Assembly: GCF_000485595.1 (NCBI RefSeq)
Contig: NW_014577072.1
Span: 617,413 to 681,412, forward strand
Direction: 5' to 3'
Length of the DNA stretch: 64,000 nucleotides
Source: Priapulus caudatus
Lineage: Eukaryota
The notes beneath the pieces are model-generated. The model did not search any database. It was not told where the DNA came from and worked only from the letters and a program-made list of their open reading frames with translations. Numbering within the stretch: the stretch's first letter is position 1; every line of letters begins with the position of its first letter. The position numbers were made by a program, and so were the translations under genes. Shown in pieces: positions 28,947-41,352 of the stretch.

Positions 28947-31475
28947 CACCTTTTTTTTAAACACCGTAGATATACATATATGATGCACCATGTTATTTTT
29001 GTAAATATATTTATGCGATTATGATTTATTATTAGTAGCACGTAATCACTTTCGCTCGCAACGTTCCGCGAAGCGCCGCATAAATTAATGATAATCTAAG
29101 ACATTTATTATGTACCATGAAGTCAAAGAGGGATGGTCCAGCTTCCGTAGAAGCTGAGTTCAAAACAGGCACAAGCAAATGCAAATGCAAATGCAAATGC
29201 AAGCTTTATGATATTCTTGACGATAGCACGTGGAAGGAGTGCTAATGTAAAATGTAGTAATGTACATGTGATATGTTTAGATACCGCTTTTTGGTAACGT
29301 GTACATATGCCCACCGTGGCGAGATGCGAGTCAGTTTGCGGCTATATTTACCTTGAGATTAGAGTATAGTAAATTGAGAGAAAACATCATCAGCTTGTTT
29401 AACCTATTGCATTTGTTCTCTGTGTTAGCGAGATATATCGTCGTGGCATTCATGAGCATTGTATACACGCGTAAAGAAAATAGAGCAATGAGAGGCGATA
29501 TGGATTTTTCAAAGCCGCAATTTGCTCGTCAGGCAATGTATAACCATGCGCGCTCCCTGCAGCTATGTCCATCCCCTGCATAACTTGCTAGGCAAAGCAT
29601 GAAACTGTAGCGAGGATATTTCATACTCGATATAACCAAGAAGGGCGAACGCCATACAGGTTGGTGGTACGGTTCTAAACTAATTTTAGTTATATTTCGG
29701 CCGCGGATAAACGATGACGTTCCTGCATGGTGCGGTGTACGGTGGCGTCGTTTGCGCGCAAATGTTCACTATCTACATGTTGCAATTGTTTCTTACGACG
29801 TCATACATTGGGGTTCGTGAAGGTCATTACTCATGAGATTCGTGGCGACGAGTGTTTTGCCTTCGCGCGCGAAGTGCTTAGATGCTGTGCTGTCGTGAGA
29901 GACGGAGGAATCACGAACGAAGCTGATATGAATAAAAATATACGCCTTGTCGTTTCACGGGACGGTCAAGTCGTGCGTTTGTTAGCAACTTGGTTCTTAT
30001 TCATATATGGACAAAGGTTGGAAGGCTAACCGAATGTTGTCAATCTCTCACAGCCTTCGCGTTCTCCCTTTCTGACATTTTTCGCCCCTCGATTCTCATA
30101 TCCCGTATTCCCACCTTTACCTACCCTCGCCTTTCTCGCCATTTAATACATCACTAAAAATTGTTAATCGGAATGAAAATTCTAATCATATTCGTAATCA
30201 CCGAGCGTAACCAAATGCTGTATACATATATGCATAGTAATGTAATACACTATGGTATGCTATCATTCTACTCGTGGCGATCACGAGTAAGAGAAAAGCA
30301 ATTTGAAAATTAAAACCGTTAGTCGCATTCCGTTTCTTTCAATCAATAGCACCTGGATGGAAAAACGTAATGGCGGACCACCTGCCATTGCGAATACCAC
30401 ATTAAAATCGCAAGCGCCTTGCCACATCGACGTGTTCATTATTAATAGGTCTCCCAAAGCAATCACGTTGGCCTGCAAGCGAGGCGTTCGCAGTCATTAT
30501 CGGCGTGTAAACAATAGCGTTACTCACGCGTACACCTACTGTCCCGACTGCTATCCTATATAGCGTATAGCGCATAAAATCTTCGTTTGTTATCGTTACA
30601 CCTTTTTAGGCTTCATATCGCGTATGTTCAGCTTCCGCCATCATTTGAAAACGCAAGCTGTGAAAAGCTTAGAACTGTTAGCTTTGTACTGTTAGAAGCT
30701 GCAATGTTTCCGATGAACAAGTACGACATTCTAGCGTCGAATATTCACAAGGACGAATATTTACCGGAAGGACAATGATTGTCAACGTCATTGTCAATTT
30801 AAAACCAATATGCAAAACATTCCCAACAGCGGTATAAAATCCAATTTGTTGCGGTGGCACATAAGAAGCACTCGATAAAATTCTTTGTGATATACATCAC
30901 ATTTTATGTTAAATATTACATTAGGGGAGGCTCAGTTGTAGACCACTGCGATTATATATGTATCGCCATTAAACACACATTTATGTTACGAGCGATTTCT
31001 ATCATCTATATCAATGTTTCCTGCCAATCACATAAAGGAATTACTGTCCCGCATATATAGTAGAGACTAAAGGTAAGGGTATTCGTAAATTTTTAACGGC
31101 ACGTTTGACGTCTATTGTTGTCAGATAAAGTGAAACTGAAATATACCTTCAGAGAAACTATCCCAGACGTTATTTAAACGTAATAGACACCACCCGGGCT
31201 ATTTTCTGTAACATAGTCAATGCTTAACAACAGCAGAATATACGTATAAAAATCAGAATACGAGAGTGTGACACTTTACCAACTGTTGTGTACACAAGGT
31301 CGTAAGAAAATGTAAAGAAACGGGCGCCTCCACAACAATTGTGATATCATTGTAAGCAGTGCAAGGAAAACGATTACTCAACAACTAGTAGACATGCTAA
31401 GTGTTTTTTGACTTCAACTCATGCTACAAATGGCCCCTTTGGCATAGGAGTTCCTTAGAACCCTANNNNNNNNNN

Positions 31476-31513
<38 letters not shown>

Positions 31514-31844
31514 TGCGTGAGTGCGTGCGTGCGTACCTGTGTGCGTGCGCGTGTAGAAATGTGGATAGTATATGCAGACGATGGGTGGAGGGGAGGAATG
31601 CGTGGGTGGGTGGTCGGGATGAGGAGGAGGAACGGGTACCATGTTCCTCCTCCTCACCCACCCAGCCACCCGATGGTCATTGTAGTAAGGCTGATGCGAA
31701 AAGCGCATGCGAATTGTTCTCTTTTACATCGATGGACGCGCGCTCCTTAACCCTGCACAGACACACACGCGCGTTGTCAAACTACCTCCTACCTTCCCCG
31801 ATGAGTCTGACGTAGAAGTCTTTCTGACGCGGTGCCCACTGAAC

Positions 31845-31879
31845 AGCGCCACCTGGTGGTGTACAGCGCCGCCTGGCGG
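31845..31879 (-). promoter_or_regulatory. Tandem pair of CTCF-like motifs
   Basis: agcgccacctggtgg (31845-31859) and agcgccgcctggcgg (31865-31879); their reverse complements match the CTCF core CCASYAGRKGGCRS. Confidence 0.45.
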
Positions 31880-32027
31880 TTGAGGGGATGCTACGGGTGG
31901 GGTGGGGCGGGAAGCTGTGTGAGGGCTTCATCGCCGATAGGAAAACTGTCGTTTGCAGTTGTCGGCTGCCTTCCGCCGCATCCACACATCAAAGCCGCTA
32001 CTGTTTCCACGCTCGGCTGGCGCGGCT

Positions 32028-32181
32028 GAAGCGGCAGCGGAGGCGGCGGAGTAGACAGCGGCGGAGGCAGCGGCAGCGGCGGAGGCAGCGGCGGAGGCAG
32101 CGGCAGCGGCGGAGGCAGCGGCAGCGGCGGTAGCGGCAGCGGCAGCGGCGGAGGCAGCGGCAGCGGCAGCGGCGGAGGCAG
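32028..32181. repeat. (GCG/GCA/GAG)n GC-rich trinucleotide array
   Basis: Read directly from the sequence. Confidence 0.85.
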
Positions 32182-32896
32182 AGGAGAATGGCGTGGCGTA
32201 TCTGCAATGTACAGTCTCTTACTTTCTCTTCTATTCTATTCTATTCTCTTCCCCTGCTTTTCTGTTCTTTTCTGTTCGCACCTGTATAGTAGACATGCTA
32301 AGTGTTTTTTGACTTCAACTCATGCTACAAATGGCCCCTTTGGCATAGAAGTTCCTTAGAACCCTAGGAAAAAAATTATCCAAAGACACACGTTCTATCT
32401 CAAAATCCAAGATGGCCGCCGGTGGCCATTTTGGAAAACTTGGTCGACTCACATCTCCTGAACCGTTTGTCATAGAAACTATTGTGACACATGTTTTTTT
32501 TTAGCTAATTTGAGGTCACTGAATTCATTTTTGGCATTAATTTTGCATTTGGAATACATTTAGAGGTAAAATTCAAGAAATAATACACAAAGTTGGCAAT
32601 TCGATGAAATTTATGACAAAAAAATTTAGGGGCATTTTGATACTAGAGAAAGGAACTTAGACTTAGGCCATCCTTAAAAAATTCTATTCGTACACATGCC
32701 ATTGTATCAAGCAAGCTAGACAATGCGTCTTAGACAATGTATCTAGACAATGCGTCTTAGACAATGTATCTAGACAATGCATGTTCGATCGATCGCTGCG
32801 GAACGCCCCTTGAAGGTAAGACTAGTACACCACTACACGCAATCCAGCTACTGCAAACATGTCAGATTTCTGTTGTTGTCTTTAGGTTAGTCAATA

Positions 32897-34095
32897 ATGA
32901 ACACTAAAAGCATGGTTGAAAATCGTGACTGGAGCTTATGCTTCATATGCCAATCAGGTGAAGGTCATAAGCCAACTATGAATCCTTCATCATCAGTGAA
33001 ATTGCGAAATAATCCGGAAAGACTTTTAGCTTGTTACAAAGAAGTTATGGACAACATGCAGGACCTCATGGAATTAGGTGATTTGCCTGACTTTGTAGTT
33101 GTAGATAGCACTGGTGGTGGTGGTGGTGGTGATGGTGGTGGTGGTGGTGGTAGTGCTCAAAATCTACTGAAGCTAATGATGTGTAATCAAGTGGTGTGGC
33201 ATAAAAGTTGCAGGAATGCTGTTGACATCCAAAAAGTGCAGAGGGCAAAGAAGAAACATCAAGACCAAGAGTCAGTCAGCCCTGTAAAAACTCGCTGCAT
33301 GAACAGTGGTGCCATGTCCATCACACAGGCTTTCCCCTCAGCCTCTACATCTTTTAGTGAACCAGTTGACACTCCATGTCTCTTCTGTGATGAAATGGGC
33401 AACAGGAAAGATATGAGGAAGGCTGCCACTCTTGGCTTGGACAAGAGAGTCAATGATTGTGATAGACTGTTAGGTGACAAACGTCTGTTGGCAAAAAACT
33501 TTCCACTGGTGATATGATCGCCATTAATGCTGTCTACCATTGTGCATGCCTGACACGGCTATACAGAAAAGTGGAGACAGTCGGTTGTGACATGACTGAG
33601 AGTCATAAAACTCAAGTGATGCGAGCACATGTTCTCAATGAGTTAGTTGACTTCATTGAAGATAATCGTAGTGCAGGCACCTCAATAGCAATGGCTGACA
33701 TAACAGCCCTCTTAGGCCCCTCTATGACAAGCGCCTGGCGGTTCTCGGTTTTTCCCACATCAAATACAACACAACACGCCTTAGAGAAGAGATTGAGCGC
33801 ATGATCCCTGACATCAAGCCAGTAAAAATGAATCGTTGCTGGTCTCTTGTTTTTGAAGAGGATCTAAGCAAAGCTGTGGATATGAAAGACAGCTAGTACA
33901 TCAACTGAGGTCTCCATCCTTCACAAAGCAGCCAAGATCCTCCGTCGTGACTATCTCCACATGAGGCAGGTTTTCACAGGCTCCTTTCCAAACGCATGTG
34001 AAGCTGAATTCATCCCACCTACATTGAGAACATTCCTACACATGCTTCTTGATGGACCGGGTATTGATCAGCCACCTCCTGAATCAGACAAGTCC
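32897..34095 (+). pseudogene. Academ-like transposase 5' fragment (left arm), frameshifted
   Basis: ORF pieces 32897-33517, 33514-33804 and 33961-~34095 are collinear. An A-run frameshift near 33495 is visible by comparison with the right arm. A probable 5'UTR intron lies at 32816-32885 (gtaag...tttag). Confidence 0.75.
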
Positions 34096-35100
34096 TCACG
34101 GGAGAACACAGACTCATTGATGCTGCGACCAGAATGTGCTGCCAGCAAATTCTGGGTCACCTTGGCTTGTTGGTCCTTGACAACAGCCACCTCTGATTTT
34201 CTGCGTGGTTGAGACAGTGAGGCCTTGAACAACTTTAGCTTGGTATGAGGTATTGATGGAGTAAATGCCTCCTCCTGAGATATTATTCGCTTGTCAACAA
34301 ATTGTCGCTTCAATGAAGTCAACTAACTCATTGAGAACATGTGCTCGCATCACTTGAGTTTTATGACTCTCAGTCATGTCACAACCGACTGTCTCCAGTT
34401 TTCTGTATAGCCGTGTCAGGCATGCACAATGGTAGACAGCATTAATGGCGATCATATCACCAGTGGAAAGTTTTGCCAACAGACGTTTGTCACCTAACAG
34501 TCTAGCACAATCATTGACTCTCTTGTCCAAGCCAAGAGTGGCAGCCTTCCTCATATCTTTCCTGTTGCCCATTTAATCACAGAAGAGACATGGAGTGTCA
34601 ACTGGTTCACTAAAAGATGTAGAGGCTGAGGGGAAAGCCTGTGTGATGGACATGGCACCACTGTTCATGCGGCGAGTTTTTACAGGGCTGACTGACTCTT
34701 GGTCTTGATGTTTCTTCTTTGCCCTCTGCACTTTTTGGATGTCAACAGCATTCCTGCAACTTTTATGCCACACCACTTGATTACACATATCATTAGCTTC
34801 AGTACATTTTGAGCACTACCACCACCACCACCACCATCACCACCACCACCACCACCACCATCACCAACACCACCACCACCAGTGCTATCTACAACTACAA
34901 AGTCAGGCAAATCACCTAATTCCATGAGGTCCTGCATGTTGTCCACAACTTCTTTGTAACAAGCTAAAAGTCTTTCCGGATTATTTCGCAATTTCACTGA
35001 TGACGTAAGGGATTCATCAGCTTGGCTTATGACCTTCACCTGTATTGGCATATGAAGCATAAGCTCCATCACGATTTTCAACATTGCTTTTAGTGTTCTT
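34095..35100 (-). pseudogene. Academ-like transposase 5' fragment (right arm, inverted), fused to a downstream transposase piece
   Basis: Near-identical inverted copy of 32897-33661, with its own stop and frameshift. 34095-34307 encodes KRQFVDKRIISQEEAFTPSIPHTKLKLFK...SGRSINESVFSRE, resembling a more C-terminal Academ segment. Confidence 0.7.
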
Positions 35101-38100
35101 ACTTTGTCTAACCATAAAGACAACAACATGAAATTTGACATGTTTTGCAGTGCGGATTGCGGGTATGGGGAGGTGGTAGGGGGAGGATGGCTGTAGTGTG
35201 TAGTAAGACGCCTACTAGTTTACCTTCAAGAGAGAGTTCCGCAGCGGATCGATCGAACATGCAGTTGTCTAGAATAACATTGTCTAAGACGCATTGTCTA
35301 GCTTGCCTTGATACGAATGGCATGTGACGAATACGCAATTTTTAAGGATGGCCTAGTCTGAACTTCTTTGTCCTAGTATCAAAATTGCCCCTAAATTTTT
35401 TTGTCATAAATTTCATCGAATTGCAACTTTGTGTATTATTTCTTGAATCTTTACTTCTAAATGTATTCAAATCCCAAATTAATGCCAAAATGAATCAGGT
35501 GACTCAAATTAGCTTAAAAAAACATGTGTCCAATAGTTTCTATGACAAACGGCTTCAGTGAGTTGTGAGATCGACCAAGTTTTCCGAAATGGCCGCCGGC
35601 GGCCATCTTGGATTTTGAGATAGAACGTGTGTCTTTGGATAATTTTGTTTCTGGTGCCCTAAGGCTAAGGAACGTTTATGCCAAAGGAAACTTTTGTAGC
35701 ATGATTTGAAGTCAACCCCCTATTTTGTGCTCTTAGCATGTCTACTAAACAATCTATATAATTATCATGGTGAACAATACAATTAAACTGATGTCGCCAC
35801 AACAATTATCATATGATTATAAACAATGCAACAAATTCAGTAAATTCACAACAATGTCGCCGTATCATTATAACCAATACAGCAAAACCGAGTATTCGAT
35901 AACAATCATCCTATGATTAAAAGCATTGAAAACCAACTGGTGACGTCAGAAGCATAATCCCAACCCGTGTGTTCGTTGTCGTTACGATTAGTAAGCAAGG
36001 CAGGCAACCGCAAAGTAGAGTGTGTTCTTCTTAACAATCATGTTAATTAACGTAATAATCGTCTATTATACTTGAGTATCTGACCGCTCTTATACCGGTG
36101 CGGGTTAAGCGTTATCACCATGTACACACTATTGCCGCGATATGATAGGCATTATCTCGCCATTGTTATAGGGCTTGTTCTTCTTCGCATCCTTACGCAC
36201 GAGCCACAAGAAAACTAACTATGACAAGTGAACAATCTGGGTATTTATCGGTGCACGCAACCCGAGTTGCTGAAGGTGAATGTTAAAAAATAACCGACAT
36301 AAAGAAATTCAAAACGCGAATCCCTAATGTATCAGTTTGAGCGTGCCCGATTTTGTTGCGGCTAATTAGAGTTCAAATGGTCATAAAATGCGACTTATTA
36401 CGCACGCACTATGAATACAACTGTAATCTCGTAAGCCTTCGCTTTGCTCTGCATCGGCAATTAGTAATTAGTACGCTTTTTCATGGCTGTCATGTAGCCT
36501 ATTACAGCTAGTAGGTTATTGAATTACGGAGCGCTTTACGAAACATTCATCGGTCTAAGAAAACACGAAGCAGGAATGAGGCGAGATCGCTTGGTATGCA
36601 AAGCGCTAGGCGAAATAGCTCCGTGGTTTTAGTCTCGTGTTAATTGACAAAAACAGTTTAGGAAGCGGAATTTCCAAAAGCGAAGAGCGCGCGCGCGAAA
36701 AGAGCGCGAGCAGACACGTCGGATTAGACGTAGTGCTAGTGAAACATTGATCTATGCTTCGGGAACGGAAGATGGATGGCAAAGTGCGATCGATCACGTC
36801 CCGGCACACCCGGCCCAATCCGAGCAGAACGTTCATCCACTGAGTGTTTACACGCGTCTTGTGTGCACGTACAACGTGCTTCCGGACACTTTCTCGTTCC
36901 TTTGTCGTCACGGCACAACGTAGCACAATCACATAGAGTGAAGACGGCAACCCGGTGACCGCTTCTTCAGGAGAAAAGTCACGATAGGTCAAACCACACG
37001 TAGTACATATATTAACATACTTGTATAATACATTGAGCACAGCGACTGGTTATAGGAGTGGTGGGGCTGTAAATTAAATGAGAGGCTTAATGTGTTACGC
37101 GTAAACTTAAATAAACACATTTTGCAAAACGACAGCGGTTATGAGCTGACGCTTCATAACATGTCATGATGAATAGGCGCATTTTTTTTTAGTTAGCGCT
37201 GGGTCTAACGATAGCGCAACTGTTATACACGTGTTGCAAAATCGTCCGATGCAACGCTGCACACAGTAATTCCACGATAGATCATTACAACAGCAAAGGC
37301 TTCATTACACACGCTCCTATATAATTTTATCTCGAAGCTGTATTCGCGACAAAGATTTTTTGATTCTGCTGAAATATCGTTTCGCAAACAGAGCCTCAAT
37401 TTGAACACATCTCAATTTGAGTAGAGATTTGTAACGGCAAACTGATCGCAGTGTATAGACCTCGCGGCTATGATGAGATTTATAGATGCTGCTGATATTT
37501 AGCGGCTGACGTCAACGCCTATATATAAAAGGATGCAGAGTGAAGATTAAATCATAAACTAATGCTGAATATTGTCGATCTTTCGTGCGTCTTTTTCCTT
37601 GCCCGCCGCATACGCATGCATATTCTGTATTGACTCTCGTGCTTACGTGATACAGAATTCGCTGTCAGGTGTCGTTACGGCATTATTAATTAATATGCCA
37701 ACAATAGGCGGGCGTAACCCGATGTTCATGCGCCCCGAAGCCCGTTTTATCCGTGAACAATAGCCAAACTCATTAATCTGTCAAACGGATAAAAAATAGA
37801 TGTAACGCGGTGCTGACATGCCATTGCCGTGCACGCATCGTCACGTTAGTGCGGCAGCTAGCATTCCATTCGCATTTTTACGACCAGTTTGCCGACGAAT
37901 GGCTCAATTCGCAAGCTCTTCTGGTGGATCACAGATGAAGACCGCAAACTAAGTCTAAATGCAACTGTTCGGTAACGACGCACGTATAAGCACGCGGTAA
38001 ATGGCCACGTCTACACGCGAAGCACCGACATCGTTTGACCTTTCGACATTTACAACCGTAGCTCGTACTTGTGGCACGTCCGCTTAGTTTCACGTTTTCA

Positions 38101-39547
38101 CGGCGAATTTCATTTTTATTTTGGTAAACTGCGATTATAGGCTGTTTATATATATATATATATATATATATAGCCTATGTATATATATATATATAGAGAG
38201 AGAGAGAGATTGTATACACACAATTGTTATGTTGCGAGGTTGAATGTTTTGTCTCTACAAACAAAAATCGGTCGTGGGCGGCGCACGCATGCAAGCAAAA
38301 AACCGCGAATGTTTCGCTTTATTGATTCATCAGCGTGCGCCCAGTGATCGTGTGTCGTTCAAAATGGCGACGTCCAACGAAACCTTGTGGATGTTGCATA
38401 CAGAAAGAATTTGGTCAGATTTGTAGGAAAACCACGAATGCATGTACGCTGTCACCTCATGTATTCGAGCAGGCCGAGGAGAGATAGCGCGCTAATAGAA
38501 ATGTGTACCTGGTAATTTATGCTTATTTTCACCATGTACGACCCTCGGTCGCCATAAACTGCTATCTGCTGTGCTGGATCCGTTGTGTGCGATAGATGAA
38601 GATGAAGACAAAAACAAAATGTTTTTTGCACGGCCGTGTCGGATGGGCGGCGAAGACATAATTAAGGACAAATTTGTCTTTTCTTGTTTTATTACAACCA
38701 AGGCCTGCCGTGTGCATTAGGTTTTAGGCAACGCCCGGAACCGAGCGCGGTATTAACGCGATTATTCAGAGTAGGCTGTGCTAGCGTTGCATCGTGTGAT
38801 AATATCTTCTTCGTCGCTGTATACGTCCTGTCGAATTTCGCTCTGTTCTCGAGTTTCTTCGAGTTTCGTACTGATATTAAATCACCTCCTTCGGCTACGA
38901 TCGTGTTCATGAGATGAAAATAGATCGTTGAAGGCAGACAACGGACTTTTTGAAGTCGCTTGCGCATGCATTGAAAACGTTAGCGAGCCAGTCTGTAGAA
39001 AACATAGCGTCCGCTTTAGGACGTGATCAGTAAATTCCAATATCTAATAACTTCCAAATAAAACACAACACGCGTTTTAATTGACGCGGGATAAACAAGT
39101 TCTGATACCACGGTCGCGACGTATATAACGCAATGTTCTTATAACAGACACGGTGCTTATTAGTGTTTATATTTTAGGCACTACAGTCGGTATGTGCGTC
39201 AATAGAATTGTAGGGATGGTCGATGCTAAGCAAGATAGGCCTACTGTAATATATTTCCAGCCAATAGCCTTCTGTTGGCAGAAACACTAACAAAAATCGG
39301 TTTACTATAGCCAGTATAATGACAAAGCGCTTAGCCTTTATATAAATGTTTAAATGCTAATTTTTCTGTAATAACAGTATGCTCAAATAAACTGCGATGT
39401 ATATAGCACTCAGTGCGTTGCCTGTGTTCCTGTGTTCAGTGGTGCTTAATCTGCTCATTCGACAATGGACGGTCTGCATTAGTTTCTTCACGGGAGTTGC
39501 TAGAACACGGGGGTCGAAGGAGGGTCACGTGATATGGCTGCACTTGT

Positions 39548-39608
39548 GTTAGGATTAGGGTTAGGGTCAGGGTTAGGGTTAGGATTAGGGTTAGGTTTAG
39601 GGTTAGGG
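39548..39608 (+). repeat. Interstitial degenerate (TTAGGG)n tract
   Basis: About 10 units of ttaggg, ttagga or tcaggg. Confidence 0.85.
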
Positions 39609-40311
39609 AAATAAGGCCATGTCTAGCACGGAAGTATAACTGTGGAATCTTTCTGTGGATGATTTGGACTTTGAAGCGTACGAAGTGACTAGTGCTGCCA
39701 CGTAACGGCACCCTCCTTCGACGCCCGTGTTCTAGCAACACCCTTTCTTCACATAGAGAGCCGTCTGCATTAGATCGCAGCGCCACCTGTTGCATTGATT
39801 TCCAAAATATTTTCGTATAGCGCAACTGTGTTTGTAACCAAGCATTAGCAAGTGGTAGCGATGGGGTGGATAGAGACTAATGGAAATCCTATACCAGTTC
39901 GCCGGTATGATTAATGCACGGTGCGGGTACCGCTAGCTAGACACGCAATTGCCTCTATAAGGCACAGAAACCAACACGACAGTAGAGCATGCAGGGACTT
40001 TAAATGATATCTACAATGGCTCTTTACATATTTATGCCAGCCCGCAACGTTGCCCGTAGATACAATCGTATTCAGCTTGTCCGGTTACACACGTAAGGCA
40101 AGCATCGCCTGTTCAATACACACCTTACGCTTGCTCTCATATGGTCAATTCGTACGATGTCAATTCAACTGAATACAGCGCGAAAGCGGAATATTGAGTT
40201 GTATATATATTATTATAACTACACCGCGCGAGCGCGAACATGTGAATGAACACCGATGTCTCGATTTCGATTCTTGTGTCGATGTACTTTCTTCTCTCTG
40301 TTTGTCTGTTT

Positions 40312-40370
<59 letters not shown>

Positions 40371-40716
40371 CTTCCGTCGGTCCGTCTGTCTGTCTGTCTG
40401 TCTGTACACGTACAGATGGCGATATACAGCACGCGCGCGTGAGTGGCTCGCCGCCGGTTGAGCGTTGCGATTCCTGCTGTAGTAACAAGCTCCTATGTAC
40501 GTGTACGCCTCAAGCACGCACCCACCCACCAAGGTACGAATTAATTACCTCGCTCTATCGACCATGCGAGAGAGAGAGAACCGCTGTTTCGCGACTTGGT
40601 AGCACGGCAGGTAGCACGTGGTAGCAGCTCGCCACCGTCCCGCCTTGCCTCTCCCTCATATCACCTGAGCGCATGCATGCAGAGCGAACCTACATACGTC
40701 ACCAGGCCGAGCTGTC

Positions 40717-40807
40717 ATGGCGAGCTGCTCGTTGCTAACGCTGTGTGCCGCGTTGGCGCTCCTGCTATGCGCCAACGATGGCACCTTCGCTCGGGCGCAT
40801 GTCCCAG
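40717..40807 (+). CDS. nAChR exon 1, signal peptide (MASCSLLTLCAALALLLCANDGTFARAHVP)
   Basis: ATG in gtcATGg context, hydrophobic core, and phase-1 donor gtgagt matching exon 2. Confidence 0.8.
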
Positions 40808-41200
40808 GTGAGTGCGTGCACCGTCCCACCCGCTGCGTGCTGTTGTTTTTTTGTTGTTTTTGTTTGCTTTTTGTGTGTGTGTGTGGGTGTGTGGTGTGTG
40901 TGTTGTGTGTGTGTGTGTGTTGGTGTGTGTATGTGTGTGTGTGTGTGTGCCGTTGCGATGCGTGCGGTGTGTGCGCGCGCAAGTTGCGGTTGCGCTGGCC
41001 GTGTGTGCGACCGTGCGCGAACTCGCTCGGTGGGACGGTCGCACCTTAATTAATACATCGCGCGTGTGCTATTGTGTGTACGCGGATCCTAATGCCGAGT
41101 CTAACGTATTATATATGACGTACGTCCGCGTAATGTACCGGCTCTAACCTATGTAGTCCGTCGCTCCACCACAGTCCTGTCTATTGTTGTGTGTGTGTGT

Positions 41201-41275
<75 letters not shown>

Positions 41276-41321
41276 TGCGGGCGGGCGGGCGTGCGCGCGC
41301 ATGTGTGTTTGTGTTTGTGTC

Positions 41322-41352
<31 letters not shown>

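Larger units (their letters stand above)
31386..35747. mobile_element. Academ-like DNA transposon, defective foldback derivative, with 3-bp TSD AAC
   Basis: Termini TAGTAGACATGCTAAG...CTTAGCATGTCTACTA. AAC at 31383-31385 and at 35748-35750. Transposase fragments WHKSCR, CLFC and LLAKLSTGDMIAINAVYHCACLTRLYR resemble Academ transposase. A degenerate host repeat (ccacaacaatt..atat.att.taa.ca.tgcaa) continues on both flanks. Confidence 0.75.

Noticed and set aside
30923..30950. tRNA/SINE A-box-like ggctcagttgtagaccac
   Set aside because: No B box or cloverleaf.
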